Assembly (NCBI GenBank): GCA_010909165.1 | Contig: MU008158.1 | Location: 2,753,478-2,817,477, forward strand | DNA length: 64,000 bases | Source of the DNA: Anthoceros angustus | Lineage: Eukaryota; Plantae; Anthocerotophyta | Direction of reading: 5' to 3' | Position numbers and translations under genes: made by a program | Shown here: positions 11,501 through 24,209 of the stretch, piece after piece | Position numbering within the stretch: the first letter of the stretch is position 1 | Layout of the letters: each line of letters opens with the position of its first letter | The notes under the pieces: generated by a model | Seen by the model: only the letters and a program-made list of their open reading frames with translations | Databases searched by the model: none | Told to the model about the DNA's origin: nothing

Positions 11501-14300
11501 TCAGAGACCTCCTACTCCAACTTCTCCAGCCAGGCACTGGCTATTCCAGCCTCTTCCCTTAGCCGGGTCTTGTCGCAGCGGTAAGACTCTCAATCCGCCT
11601 TATTCTTCTCTTCCTTGTCCATCCCGACCTTCAGCTCTGCCTCCAAGGCCTCCTCCTTTTGCTAGATGGACTTGGCATCTTCTTGGCCTCTTGAGCCCTC
11701 ATGACCTCCTCCGTCCTCCGCGCTTCCTCCACTGTCTGCTGCGCTTGGGCTGACTCCCGGCTCAAAGCCTCCACCCGGTCCTTGGCCTCTTGCGCCTGCT
11801 TCAGCTGATCGCACAGTTGTAGGACCTTGGCTTGGTCCTGAAAGCGGACCTGGCGTCCCGCTCCATTGCCCGGCGCTTCTCTTCCTCAACCTGGGCCAGG
11901 GTCTTCGCCTTCTTCCTAGCTGCCTGGGCCGCCTCTACTTGCCCTTGCAGCTCCACCATCCGTTGCCACAGGGCCTCCACTTCATGGGTCTTCTCTGTGG
12001 CACGGAAGAGACTCTAGGCCATTCCATCGCCACGGCCGCGATTACAGCGCGCTCCCACCGCCCGGCAAGTTCCCTTCATACCCTCCACGGGGAGGCGGCA
12101 TCCCTCGATCCACCAAGTGCCGAGACCGCTCTACGGGAGCTAGTCGGCTGCTACTCCGGCTTCGAGAAGCCCTTAATCCCGACTATCGGTGCGGTCCCTC
12201 TACCTCCTTGGCCTTTGGTGGCGGTTCCTTCTCATTTCTATTCCTTGGGGTCGGTGGTGGCGAAGGTCTAGGAGCCCGCCTTTCCCTTCCTCAAAGGACT
12301 TGCCCAGGGTGGGGTTGCTAGTGTCCACCGGCCTCTGGCGGCATCCCAGCTCCCTCGGTGAACCGCCAACTCCGCCACCACCCATTCTTCATCCACGACA
12401 AGCCACCGATGCGTGACTCGGCCACAACCACTTGCTTACGCTCTATACCGGTGCGAGTCTGCGGCGTCAGCGCCAGCCGGCTGTCCGGACTAGGGTCCTC
12501 ATGCGGTTCCATCACATAGCGCCTATGGCTACCCGTGGCGCCTAATCGCGAAGGCGGAGGACTTTCTCCTAGATTTACGTAGGCGCGACTTTTGCGAAAT
12601 TTCCGGCCACCGGGCGACAATCCGTGTCGTTGTAGGAAGGAGTTCGTTCCCAAGGGAATGACAGCTCCGCTTGCGCTTTGTGCGATTCTTCGCCTTCTTC
12701 CTAGCCGTCAGGCGCCTCTACTTGCCCTGCAGCTCCACCATCCGTTGCCACGGGCCTCCACTTCCTTCGGGTCTTCCGTGGCGGAGAGAGACTCTAGGCC
12801 ATTCCATCGCCCACGGCCGCGATTACATGCGCTCCCACCGCCCGGCAAGTTCCCTTCATACCCTCCATGTGAGGCGATCCCTCGATCCACCAAGAGTGCC
12901 GGACCGCTCTACGGGAGCTGGCTGGTCAATTGCTACTCCGGCTTCAGAAGCCCTTAATCCCGACTATCGGTGGCAGGTCCCTCTACCTCCTTGGCCCTTT
13001 GGTGGCGGTTCCTTCTCGACTTTCTATTCCTTGGGGTCCGGTGGTGGCGAAGGTCTAGGAGCCCTTGCTTTCCGCCTCTGGGAAGGACTTGCCCAGGGTG
13101 GGGTTGCTTGCTAGTGTCCACCGGCCTCTGAGCAAGATCCCTTTCCCACTCGATGAACCGCCAACTCCGCCACCACCCATTCTTCATCCACGACAAGCCA
13201 CCGGTGCCGTGACTCGGCCACAACCACTTATACCGCTTCTATACCGTGCAGTCTAAGCGGCTGCCTTGGCGCCCGTAGCTCTTCCCCCGGACTAGGGTCC
13301 TCATGCGGTTCCATCACATAGCGCCTATGGCTACCCGTGGCGCCTAATCGCGAAGGCGGAGGACTTTCTCCTAGATTTACGTAGGCGCGACTTTTGCGAA
13401 ATTTCCGGCCACCGGGCGACAATCCGTGTCGTTGTAGGAAGGAGTTCGTTCCCAAGGGAATGACAGCTCCGCTTGCGCTTTGTGCGATTCTTCGCCTTCT
13501 TCCTAGCCGTCAGGCGCCTCTACTTGCCCTGCAGCTCCACCATCCGTTGCCACGGGCCTCCACTTCCTTCGGGTCTTCCGTGGCGGAGAGAGACTCTAGG
13601 CCATTCCATCGCCCACGGCCGCGATTACATGCGCTCCCACCGCCCGGCAAGTTCCCTTCATACCCTCCATGTGAGGCGATCCCTCGATCCACCAAGAGTG
13701 CCGGACCGCTCTACGGGAGCTGGCTGGTCAATTGCTACTCCGGCTTCAGAAGCCCTTAATCCCGACTATCGGTGGCAGGTCCCTCTACCTCCTTGGCCCT
13801 TTGGTGGCGGTTCCTTCTCGACTTTCTATTCCTTGGGGTCCGGTGGTGGCGAAGGTCTAGGAGCCCTTGCTTTCCCGCCTCTTGGGAAGGACTTGCCCAG
13901 GGTGGGGTTGCTTGCTAGTGTCCACCGGCCTCTGAGCAAGATCCCTTTCCCACTCGATGAACCGCCAACTCCGCCACCACCCATTCTTCATCCACCGACA
14001 AGCCACCAGTGCCGTGACTCCGACGGCCACAACCACTTATACCGCTTCTATACCGTGCAGTCTAAGCGGCTGCCTTGGCGCCCGTAGCTCTTCCCCCGGA
14101 CTAGGTCCCTCATTATGGTTCCATCACAGGCGCCATGGCCACTTCCTCGTGGCGCTCAATGGTCAGCAGCAAGGCGGAGGGACTTTCCTCCTAGATTTAC
14201 GTAGGCGCGACTTTTCTTGTGATCGGCCACCGCGCGGCCACAATCCGTGTCGTTGTAGGAAGGAGTTCGTTCCCAAGGGAATGGCGACTCCGTTTGCGTT
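8600..14300 (-). pseudogene. Accessory coiled-coil ORF1 directly after LTR1/PBS, present as overlapping tandem copies
   Basis: E/K/R/A-rich helical frame (EALSRESAQAQQTVEEARRTEE...RAENQVRLLTAQLGALRAEQEMERANERQKLQELTK) ending in GAHVEEAIQQVDSDFTYYHTELLKVV. A ~1.8 kb unit at 8890-10625 is repeated at 10690-12430, and ~0.8 kb units lie at ~11900, 12686 and 13488. Confidence 0.58.
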
Positions 14301-14389
14301 CGGTGATTCGTCTTACTTTGCGTCGTTGTCCCACGCACACACTCTTCACGCCTAACTACTCATAACACCGCGACAGCCCGGTATGGCCA

Positions 14390-15010
14390 AACGCTTATGA
14401 CCTGTCACAGTCTGCTTGCCCACGCTCGCTCACACCTCTCCCCGCTCCTCTCTCCACTCACACTACACTTATCCGCCTTAAGGCAAGACGCTGGTTACAT
14501 GCCCCGACCTCCGCTGCTACTGGCCTCTCCGTCCGGCTCAGACGCCTCCCAAGTCCCTCCGGCCACACGCTCCGGCCCGCTCCTGCCTCGACGCAGCACG
14601 GTCCCCGCCACCCTTCCCCGCACACACCACAACACGTTAGGTCCGCTACCAGACCTCGATCAATCCTCCGAGCCGCTCGTGCTCGCCAGACTGACTCACG
14701 TTAGCAAGAAGACACACAAGGTGCAGAGCGGCATCAACACCAAGAAAGATGATTTATTGAGCTGACCCTCTTATACTACGCCGGTCGGCGTCTTTATTAC
14801 ACCCATTACGGTGACTCGGTATACCTAATCGGCCGCCTACCATCCTATTCCCTCCCCTATCTCCTTGGCCGTGGTGGGGGAAGGTCCGATTCCGCCTTGG
14901 GATTGGTGGTCCAATCTCCGTCGGATTGCGGCGCGCAATCGGATGATCCGCGGTGGACCCCTCCTCTCCCGGAATCACAGCCGGGTCGTGGCGGTCGGCG
15001 GCCGTTACCA
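14390..15010 (-). repeat. LTR copy 1 (shared between adjacent internal regions)
   Basis: Minus strand: PPT-like GGGGGAGGATGACG (15024-15011), then TG(G)TAACGG start, TATA box GTATAAGAGG (~14776-14767) and AATAAA (14758-14753). Followed by the PBS-like TGGCCATACCGG (14389-14378). Homologous to 24210-24855. Confidence 0.72.
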
Positions 15011-15059
15011 CGTCATCCTCCCCCAGCCTCCCATGGGTCCCCTCGGTGGGGCCATTATC

Positions 15060-18000
15060 TCTCCCTAGTAAGTCGAGGGGCTCCTCCTTCTTGCCGAGTC
15101 GGACCTCGAGGTCGGTCTCGACTCGAACTGAACTCCAGTCGGTCTGGTCCCGTGGGTGGGTCGTCTCGGTTCGGACCTCGGGGGTCGAACTTATTCAGTC
15201 CGGTCCCCAACTCGGACCCCTTCACATGGACCTCGTCTTGCTAGGTCCTCCTCCTTACCCAGAACCCTTGTCTTGGTTGGGTTGGCTCCTCGCACCTTCG
15301 GGCCCGTCACCCCTTCTCGGGATGGTGGTGGTGAACTTACCAGGGTCCGTTCGTCCGCTCCTCTTGGGGCTCCTCTCCTTGTCGTCTCCAAGCAGGGCCC
15401 CTAGGTCCTGTCTTGTCCCGTGCCCTTCTTCCCCTCAAGGCCTTCCGGTCCGTCTATTGTGGTGAGAGGCCTCTAGGGAGCTCGGCGTGGTAATAGGCAA
15501 AGTCCGAATCCACTTGCTGGATTGCCTCTTCCACGTGTGGAGCACCGTCTCCCGCGCCATAGGTGCTCGGGAGTGAGCTTGCCACTTGTTGCTCCACCTC
15601 CCGCCGGGTTTGATAATGGGGCTGCTTCTCGCGTGCCAGGCGCCTCGGTCACCTCAGTCGTCATGTTGCTCCACTTGCTCCAACTCCCTCCCTTAGTTCA
15701 GCGCTTGCCCGCCATAGCGCGGCTTCGCTTCCTCGGTGGACGGCGGCTTCTTATGCTTCCGCGCCCTCGCCTCTTTGTCCATTAAGGCGTAACTCGCCAT
15801 CTCCCTCTCCAGACGGTGAACGCTGCTGCGGGCTTCGCCAGGCCCTTCTCCATCTCGGCGTCCGCTCCTGTTCCATCGCCTTCGGCTCCGTCCCAGCAGG
15901 CGGGGCCGCTCTATTTCTCGCGTTCGCGACCATGTCCTAGACTACCATTCCTCTCAATGATAGTTTGTGCGGCTCAAAGTCTCCTTGCGGTCCTCCATCT
16001 CCACCCTGCTCCACCTCCGGGGAGTCAGGAGATCCTCCACCTCCTTGGCGAACTTCTTGGCTGGTGGTCGCGCTTGCGCCACCTCTGCTCCATCTTGAGG
16101 AGGCGCTCTATCTCGCTCGAAGTCTTGGATTCTCCATTGAGAACCTTGCTTGCTCCGCAGCGTCTTGGGTTGTAACTCCAAGGTGTCCTTCTTGTCCTCA
16201 ACTCCTGCCGCCTCCTTCTACCTCCTGCCCACAGGGTCCCGATTTCCGGGTCTTGGCCTCCAGTGTTTCCGCAGCTCGTCGTGCTTGCTCAGGCCACTGC
16301 TCGGCCTTGATTGGCGTGGCTCTCTCGGCCGCCTCCCTCCACGGTTCGATCAGATAGTGATCGCGATCGGCCCGTGGCCTCCGCCTCCTTGGCCACCTTC
16401 ACGAGCCTCTCGGCAGCTCTGGTCGGTCAGGCTGCCTCGCGATCCGCGCCCTCGCTTGCGCCCGGGCGTCCTCGCTTCTGTTGCGCTCGCCTCTGCTGCG
16501 GAGGTCCTCGCGCTTGGGCCTCCTTGCTGCTTGCTCCTCCGGTGAAGGAATTTAGTCCGGTCCTTGCGGATGGACGGACCTCCCTCTCGCCTCCGGCGTT
16601 TCCCTTCCTCAATCCGAGCTTGGCCTTCCTTCTCGCCTCACTGGGCTCCCTCAAGCTGCTCCACGGAGAGTACCATGCGCCTCGGGTGGCTTCTACCTCA
16701 CAGGTCTTCTCGGCCATCCCGCGAGACCCCAGGCATACGTCCATAATGGTAGCAGGACGTGTTTCTTCCACGGCGCTGATGAGGCTCCCACAAAGTCCGT
16801 GGCGGGGCCGGCATCTCCAGTCCGAGGACCTCCATACCATGTCCGGAGTAAGTCGGTGGGTTCTCGGACCTAATCGGGACCCTTAGGTCACGAGTCTTTG
16901 GCTCGGGCTTCCCCTCCTTGGCCCTTTTGGCGCGAGCTCCTTCTCGCCCTTTTCTCACAGGGCTCGGAGGAGGTGAGAGTCGGGAGCAAGCCTTTGCCCC
17001 TTCACATCGGCAGGGGCCGGCTCGAGTGCGGCTGCGGTGTCCTCCTGCTCCACAGGCGTCCTACGCCCTCCTTCTGCCTCTGGGCTCCCTCAGCTGCTCA
17101 CGGAGGAGTACCATGCGCCTCGGGTGGCTTCTACCTCCACAGGTCTTCATCCATCCCGAGACCCCCATACTCCATGGGTAGCAGGACCGTGTTTCTTCCA
17201 CGGCGGCTGATGAGGCTCCCACAAAGTCCGTGGCGGGGCCGGCATCTCACAGTCCGAGGACCTCCATACCCTGTCGGAGTAAGTCGGGGGTTCCGGACCT
17301 AATCGGGACCCTTAGGTCACAGTCTGGCTCAGCTTCCCCTCCTTGGCCCTTTTGGCGCGAGCTCCTTCTCCCCTTTTCTCACAGGGCTCGGAGGAGGTGA
17401 GTCAGGAGCAAGCCTTTGCCCCTTCACAGCCGGCAGGGCCGGCTCGAGTGCAGCTGGTGTCCTCCGCTCCACAGGCGGCGTCCCTCCGCCCTCCTTCCTC
17501 CACTTCTTGCCACTCCGGGGCGGGGAGAATCTTGCACCGGAGGTGCAGCGTTGGTGGCCGTGGTCTTGCGTCTCTTGGCTCCCTCACAGTCCGTGGCTCC
17601 TCGGTAGGTTGTGGTGGTGGCGTGTCAGCTTCTGCTGTGGCTCGGTTGGGGCACGGGGAGGAGGCGGGGAATTTCTTCCCATACTTCCACAGGTGGTGAG
17701 GGGTCCGTTCAGACGTATGGAGTCGGAATCCTCGATCGTCCTCCTCCCGTCCGTTTGGCTTTTGGATCGGCCTCCTCCTCGGCGCCCTTGCGCTCCACTT
17801 GGCGGGGCCTCGGTCCTTTCGGGCGCTCGCTCAAGCTCTCCTTCCTTGAGGGCTCGAAATGCCCCATACATGGATCGGTATGGGGGCCCAGATGGCGAGG
17901 CTTCGGTCCACAGCTTGCGAGCCTCTGGCTAAGCGAAGATAATCCTTCCCAGTCCGCCCTCTTCCCGGCTGCGCGTGACCAGATTATCACCAAGGTGATC

Positions 18001-18939
18001 CACCTTGGTGAGTAGGTTCGATGGACAATGATATCGGGCTACCGCCCTTACTCATTGTCAGCGGGTCGGATATCGATAGTTGGTGGTCCGTTGCGTCGAG
18101 CCTCGGCATCGCTGTGCGGCCCTATCTTCCCGCCGAGGGGCTCGGCACCACTCCCCTCTTCCTCCTTTGGGCGGTTGTAGGCGCCTCGGGACCTCAAGGT
18201 CCATCGCCTTGGGTCCTCCGGAGGTTCTTGGACCGCACCTCCTTATTGACCGCCGCACATCTTGGGCGAACTCCGGACGGTGACTGTCGATGTCGGACCA
18301 TGGAACACATCCAAATGCCACTCCAATTCTCCCACCTTCCTGGGCAGGCCCAAAGTCCGGATAGCGCGGGTCACAATGTTGCGCTCCACAAGGTTCCATG
18401 GCTCCCAAACTTCCGCGCTTTTGGGTGCCATCCTTCCTTAGTTCTTGTGGCCTTGGAGAGGCGGCACGTTCGCCTTCTTGCGCGTTCGCCTCAGCGGTGA
18501 GCAGCGCGAGCGTCAGTGTCACGAGATACCGCGAGCGGTTGCGGGCGCAAGAGATCGCGAAATTGTCTCGGTGCCGTGACCTTCCTTGACGCCGAATGCC
18601 GGCGGGCGGGCGCCTCTTCCTGTCGTGGCGCAGTGCATGGCTTCGCTCGCCTTCACTGCGGCCTTCTGCGCGTGCCGCGGCCTTACGCGCGCCTGCGCCC
18701 GCGGCGTGAATACTGCTATAACGGCCTCGGCAGGGTTACGGTCTGACCGGTGCATGCCGTCCTCCACTCGAGTCGTCCCGTGGCGTCGCCTGGTCGTCCT
18801 CGGCTCAACTCTAAGTTACTTTCCTGGCGTACTTATCACCACGGTCACAGGTGGGTCGGACTTATCCGTTACGCGCGCCATAGTAGGTCGGTCGTTCCTC
18901 ACTCGGTCGTATACTCGAGTGCCGTCGAGTGCTATCCAT
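15060..18939 (-). pseudogene. Accessory ORFa downstream of pol, copy 1 (frameshifted, sense to pol)
   Basis: Starts ATGGATAGC (MDST) at 18939, ~120 bp after the integrase end. Contains EVWEPWNLVERNIVT...EWHLDVF, a charged coiled-coil-like region and the C-terminal motif HVEEAIQQVDSDFAYYHAEL (~15540-15480). Ends near the PPT. Confidence 0.62.
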
Positions 18940-19061
18940 GCTTATTTCCCCTTTTTCGCCTCATTTTATCCTTCCCTCAAAAACAAAACCTACCTAATTT
19001 CTAACCCCAAGTCCGTAGTCCACATACTCCCCTTCTCACTGTTGGCGTCTCGCCAACACTA

Positions 19062-20100
19062 AGCGTCAGTACTTTTCACCCGTTCACGAGTGGGCAATTC
19101 ACCATCCAGCGCTGAGCGGACCCATTGGGGTATACCACGACTTGGTAAGGTCCCATCCATCGTAGGTGGAGTTTACAGGAAGTGCATATGTCGGTGTCGT
19201 AAGGAGGCGGATCTCCCTCCTTCACATACTCCCCGATTCTAAGGCGCTATCATGCCATAGCTTGCGTTGATTACATGCGATTGCATTATTGTTCGCCTCT
19301 TCCTCCGTATCTTTGCACAAACCCTAGCAACGCTCGTTGGCTCTCTTCATCAAGCGCGCCTCTCCATCATGACCGGGTGTTGGCACCTCAAACTCTACGG
19401 CATAACGGGTGAGTGCCCCATGTCTGAGTTCGTTGCGTGGTTACCTTCTGCCGTTACGAGCGCCCGCCGATGGTAGCTTTGTATCGATCGTGCGCGCATA
19501 GTTAACCGTAAGCTTATTGAGGATCGGCGGATAAGTCCATTGGTCTTCTCCGTCGGTCCGTTGGCCTTGGGTTGTAGGGGCGTTTCACGATGTGTGATGC
19601 GAAATAGTCCGTCATTGCGGTTATCACATCATTGAGGAAATGGGTTCCCCGATCGCTTACCGGTACCGCGGACACCATACCTTGTGATGATGTTTCGTGA
19701 GGAATTTGGCCACCGTGCTCGCGAGTCCGTTCTAGTGGCTTCCACCCACAGTGCGATGGTCGTTGCCACCAAGATGTACCGCTTTGTGTGTGCCTGGTCG
19801 TTGGTATATGGGTCCAGTCGATGCCCCACTTCTCAAAAGGCGCTAGTGCTAGTATGGGCACTACGGCCATTGAGTTGTGGCGTCGGCTTCCCGATCCGGT
19901 GACAAGCATCACACTTCTTCACGGTGGTGTGTTTCCCCATACATGGTGGGCCACGATTACCGACCTCAAGATTTTCTTGGTGGTGACTGCTGTTGCATAA
20001 TGTCCACCACCTAGTCCTTCGTGCATCCCTTTATTACCACCTCCGTCTCACTTTGTTGGGTACCTTCGTTCCACCATGGCCCCACCTTAAAGATGCAATT
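19062..20100 (-). pseudogene. Gypsy integrase (zinc-binding, core and C-terminal region), frameshifted
   Basis: Fragments GLGGGH, KCDACHRIGKP, PILALAPFEKWGID, KRYILVAT, NIITRYG, VSDRGTHFLNDVI, PYNPKANG..EKTNG and GPYQVV..YPNGS. No chromodomain is seen. Confidence 0.88.
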
Positions 20101-20329
20101 ATACAGAGAAAGGCGTGGTGCACAAAGGCTGCTGGACCCGGTTCGATTCGTTTGGTAGCTCCATCTCCCATAGGTACCGTTCCAACTCCGCATAAGGAGC
20201 CCCCGTCGCTCCCTTCTCCGCCGTGGGTCCGCTATCCCCGGCTTAGGGTTTGTCGTGTGCTCCTCTACCTCCTCCTCTATCGCGCCACCAATTCCTCATC
20301 CGGGGCGTCCTCTTGATCCTGGCGGGCTC

Positions 20330-21420
20330 GTCTTTAACTGGACAAGAAGTCGTTTTGGTGTTGCCTTCCTTGCCTAGTCTCCACCTCAAATGTGAACTCC
20401 TGTGGCAGAATCCACCTCGCAATCCGTCCAGGACAAGTCGCCTTGTTCACCAAGTGCTTGGTGTGATCAACATAGAACACAAACTCATTGGGCGAAGGTA
20501 GTGCGAATTTCTTAAGTATACCATTCCAATGCCTCTCGCTCCGTAGTAGTGTACCTCCGTTCGCGTCGTGGCATCTTCAGTAGTAGATTGGGTGATCCCT
20601 CCGTTTATCATCTTTTTGAGCACTACTCGATGGCGGCGACACATCACATACACATGGAATCGCTTCCCCGGTCCGGTCCTTTTAGTCTTGGGGCCGACAG
20701 TGGTGCAGGTCTCTGAATGCCGCCTCCTCTCGGCGTCGGGTCCATTCCTCCTCCTTCTGAGTAGCTCTGTTAGCGGAGGCCGCTTTGCAAAATCTTGGAT
20801 GAAAGCCTATAGTAACCCCCATGCCGGAATCCCGTAACTCCTTCAAGTTCGTTGGCGGCTGCGAGGGGGATGACTTTCACCTTGTCTTGGTCCACCTCTA
20901 TCCCTCTTGCCGACACGGTGCCCCAACAAGATTCCCTCTGTCATGCAGTAGCATTTCTCGGATGCGAGCCGCAGTTGAGTCTCCTACATCGTTCCAAACA
21001 CTTCCAAATGTCCACGTGTTTGTCCTCCTCTCCGTGCACCTGAGTCCAGAACACCTCCATGAAGTCCCTCGATTCCGGAAGGCGTTGGTCACCATCCGCA
21101 TAAATGATCCGGGTGCTCTGTCATCCGAAGGCACTCCGTTTGTAGGCAAGCGTCCCCACTCCGTGGTGAATGTTGTCTTATCGATCACTCCCTTAGGTGC
21201 GGGTTGTGGCCAGATGGCCGTCAAGAAGGTAGGTACTCAGTCACCTTGTCGATGTCGTCCACAAAGGGCATGGGAAATGGTCCTTTTGTGGCGGCGTTAA
21301 GCTTTCTCCATCTGTGGACCGATCTCCCTTTGCTTCTTGACACGACCACAATGGGCGCCACCCTCCTTTGTTCACGATTGGGAAGATGATGATGCCTTCC
21401 GGATACTTATCCGGACTTCC
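20330..21420 (-). pseudogene. Gypsy reverse transcriptase and RNase H, frameshifted
   Basis: IIFPIVNK, KLNAATKxDHFP.PFVDDI, DKTTFTTEWG, APGSFMRMVTNAF, FMEVF, GxLxGHRV, PPTNLKELR, GYYRxFIQDFAK, and RNase H fragments (YYxxERxGMVYL, HLVNK...GRIARW...QEFTFEV), read across shifting frames. Confidence 0.88.
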
Positions 21421-22031
21421 TTGACCTTGGCGAGTGCTTGGGATTGATTTATCTTGCCTAATCGAGGCACTCACGGCGAATCTATCCGGTGTTAGCCTTT
21501 GTTTGAATGCCTTCATGTCCGTGACCTTGAAAGCGAACACCTCATTGAATTCCCCAACAAGCGTGAGGTCTTGTTTAACTCGATGGCATACCTTGCGAAT
21601 TTTTTCTGGGCGAACCTCCACGTCTTCCACATCGTCGGGGTTGGCCGTCTCTTTCCTCGCGCTTCTCGCCCAAAGCCATCATCCTCCCAGCGGTTCATCT
21701 TCACGCATTCCCCATTCTCGGAAGAGTTCGTCGAGGTGAACGGGTTACTTCTTGGGTCCTCCTCATCCGGGAGGGTTCCCCCTTTTGTTAGTCCTCCATG
21801 ACTTCCACTTGGGCTGATCACCTCTGCCAAAGGTGTCCCTCGATAGTCCATTTCTTCTTGGACCCAGATTTTTGGAAAGGTAGTCCTCATTCGTATCCTC
21901 GCGCTCATCGTCCCCACTTGTCGGAGGTGTACCCTGTAGTCTTGTGGTTTCACCGATATGTCCTTACTCAGTGTCGCTACCGTCCTTCCCTCACCTTGGA
22001 TCCCAGTCCGCTTGAAGTGTATTTCCTTCCG

Positions 22032-22325
22032 TCAAAGTGTAGTTTTATGCAGCGAGTCCCAAGGCCTAGCGGACCTCATACCCAGTCCGGCGGGTCTGAT
22101 GACGACGAAATCTAATGTATAGGGGGCTCCCGCTATGGTGGCTTGGACTCCGGACAACTCCCCCGCTGGCGCTCGCCGCGACATGTCCGCCATCCTGAGG
22201 GTCTTGGTGGATGGCTCGAAGGTGGTGAACCCCAGCCGTCTTGCGGTGGCCTCGGTGATGAGGTTCACTCCTGACCCCGTGTCCAGGGGCACGTTTTTAA
22301 TCACACACCCCGCAATTTCCACCAC
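22032..22325 (-). pseudogene. Gypsy aspartic protease domain
   Basis: VEIAGCVIKNVPLDTGSGVNLITEATARRLGF...TLRMADMSRRAPAGELSGV contains the DTG catalytic motif. A second, more degraded copy lies at ~23200-23470. Confidence 0.9.
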
Positions 22326-24209
22326 TGCTGGCGGTCGTATGAGATACTACTCTTACCTCCACGTTCTTGCCTTAGGACCAAGGAGTTCCGGCGTGGTTTG
22401 ATGGCCTCGGACTTCACAGCCGATGCCGGGTTGTCTTTTAACAACTGCCTAAGGGACACCAAGTGTTGTTGGTCCATCATCAAGTCGGCCACCTTGAAAG
22501 GCCCGGGTGGTTCTTCTGCTGCGTCAGCGTCCGCCTTGACCCTTCCAGCGTTTTGCCACCGCCCTTTGGTGGTCGGACCACTTCAGGGTCCTGCCGGATT
22601 TCTTCCTGAAGCATCTCCGTCACTTCTCGGACCACATCCGGTGGAAACTGCGGTGTTGCCTTAGGTGAGTCCGCTTCTCCTGCCATTTCTGGTGGCTTTT
22701 GGTTGGCTACTTCTTCTGGCAGAGCTGCCCGATTTAACTCGTCCTCCTTGCACGCTTACCTGTGGGTTGGTGACCTCGCCTCGAGCTCGTCGTCTCTCAC
22801 GTGCTCGCTCGGGCGCTCGGCGATCTGGTCCACTCTCGATGGTCGTCCTTAACTACCTCCGTCCTCACGCATCCCCATTCTCGGAAGAGTTCGTCTCGGG
22901 GTGAACAGGTTACTTCTTGGGTCCTCCTCCTCATCCGGGAGGGTTCCCCTTTTGTTAGTCCTCCATGACTTCCACTTGAGGCAATGATCACCTCTGCTCA
23001 GTGTCCCTCCGATAGTCCATTTCTTCTTGGACCAAGATTTTTGGAAAGGTAGTCCTCATTCGTATCCTCGCTCATCGTCCACCTTGGCCGGTGTACCCTT
23101 ACGTAGTCTTGACGGTTTCCTCACATGATTATGTACTCCAGTGTCGCTTCGTCCTTCCCTCACCTTGGATCCCAGTCCGCTTGAAGTGTATTTCCTTCCG
23201 TCAAAGTGTAGTTTTTATGAGCGAGTCCAGGCCGTCCCAGCAGGACCTCATACCCAGTCCGTGGTCTACGATAATCTAATGTATAGGGGCTCCGCTATGG
23301 TGGCTTGGACTCGGACAACTCCCGGCCCGGCGCCGCACGTCCGCCATCCCGAGGGTCTTGGTGGATGGCTCAAGGTGGTGAACCCCAGTAGTCTTAGGTG
23401 GCCTCGGTGATGAGGTTCACTCGACCCGTGTCAGTGCGTTTTTAATCACACACCCGCAATTTCCACTTGCACCATGCGCCCGGTCCGTATGAGATACTAC
23501 CTCCACGTTCTTGCCTTAGGGGTTCCGGCGTGGTTGCGTCTACGATGGCCCTCCGGACTTCACAGCCGATACTCGGGTTGTCTTTTTTAACGCTGAGGGA
23601 CACACCAAGTGTTGTTGGTCCATCATCAAGTCGGCCACCTTGAAAGGCCGGGTGGTTCGCTATCCACATCGCGCCGCCTTCCGGCGTTTTGCCGCCCTTT
23701 GGTGGTCGGACCGCCGGTCTGCTGGTTCTTCAAGCATCTCGTCACTTCTCGGACCACATCCGTGGAAGCTGGTGTTGCCTTGGGTGAGTCCGCTTCTCCA
23801 CGCCATTTCTGGTGGCTTGGTTGGCTACTTCTTGGCGAGCTGCGGGTTAACTTCGTCCTCCTTGCACGCTTACATGGTTGGTGACCTCGCCTCGAGCTCG
23901 TCGTCTCTCACGTGCTGCTCGGGCGCTGGCGATCCTGGCGTCCGACTCTCTCGATGGTCGTCCTTAACTACCTCGCGTCCTCCGCATCCGCTTGCTACGG
24001 AGCGATTTCATTCCCGGCAGCGGCGCCAAAATGTGCGACTTTTGTGACAGCGGCCGGCGCGCCAATCCGTGTCGTTGTAGGAAGAGTTCGTTCCCAAGGA
24101 ATAAGCTCCGTTTGCGGCGTTTGGCGATTCTTATCGCTGCGTCAGATTCGGTCCCAGCGCACACTTTCGTCTAACTACTCGTGACAAACCACTCAGCCGG
24201 TATGGCCAA

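Noticed and set aside
11281-11664. Alternative genetic code (TAG=Gln) or horizontal origin of the element
   Set aside because: CHG deamination explains CAG>TAG more simply, a TGA also interrupts the frame and host genes use TAG as a stop.
14370-14392. Resemblance of GGCCATACCGGGCT to the 5' end of 5S rRNA
   Set aside because: The match is only ~12 nt, with no downstream 5S body or A/C boxes, and the second copy diverges.
24031-24100. Plus-strand CDFCD...NPCRC as a gag zinc knuckle
   Set aside because: It is on the wrong strand relative to pol and the LTRs, the spacing does not fit CX2CX4HX4C and it is not preserved in the homologous leaders.
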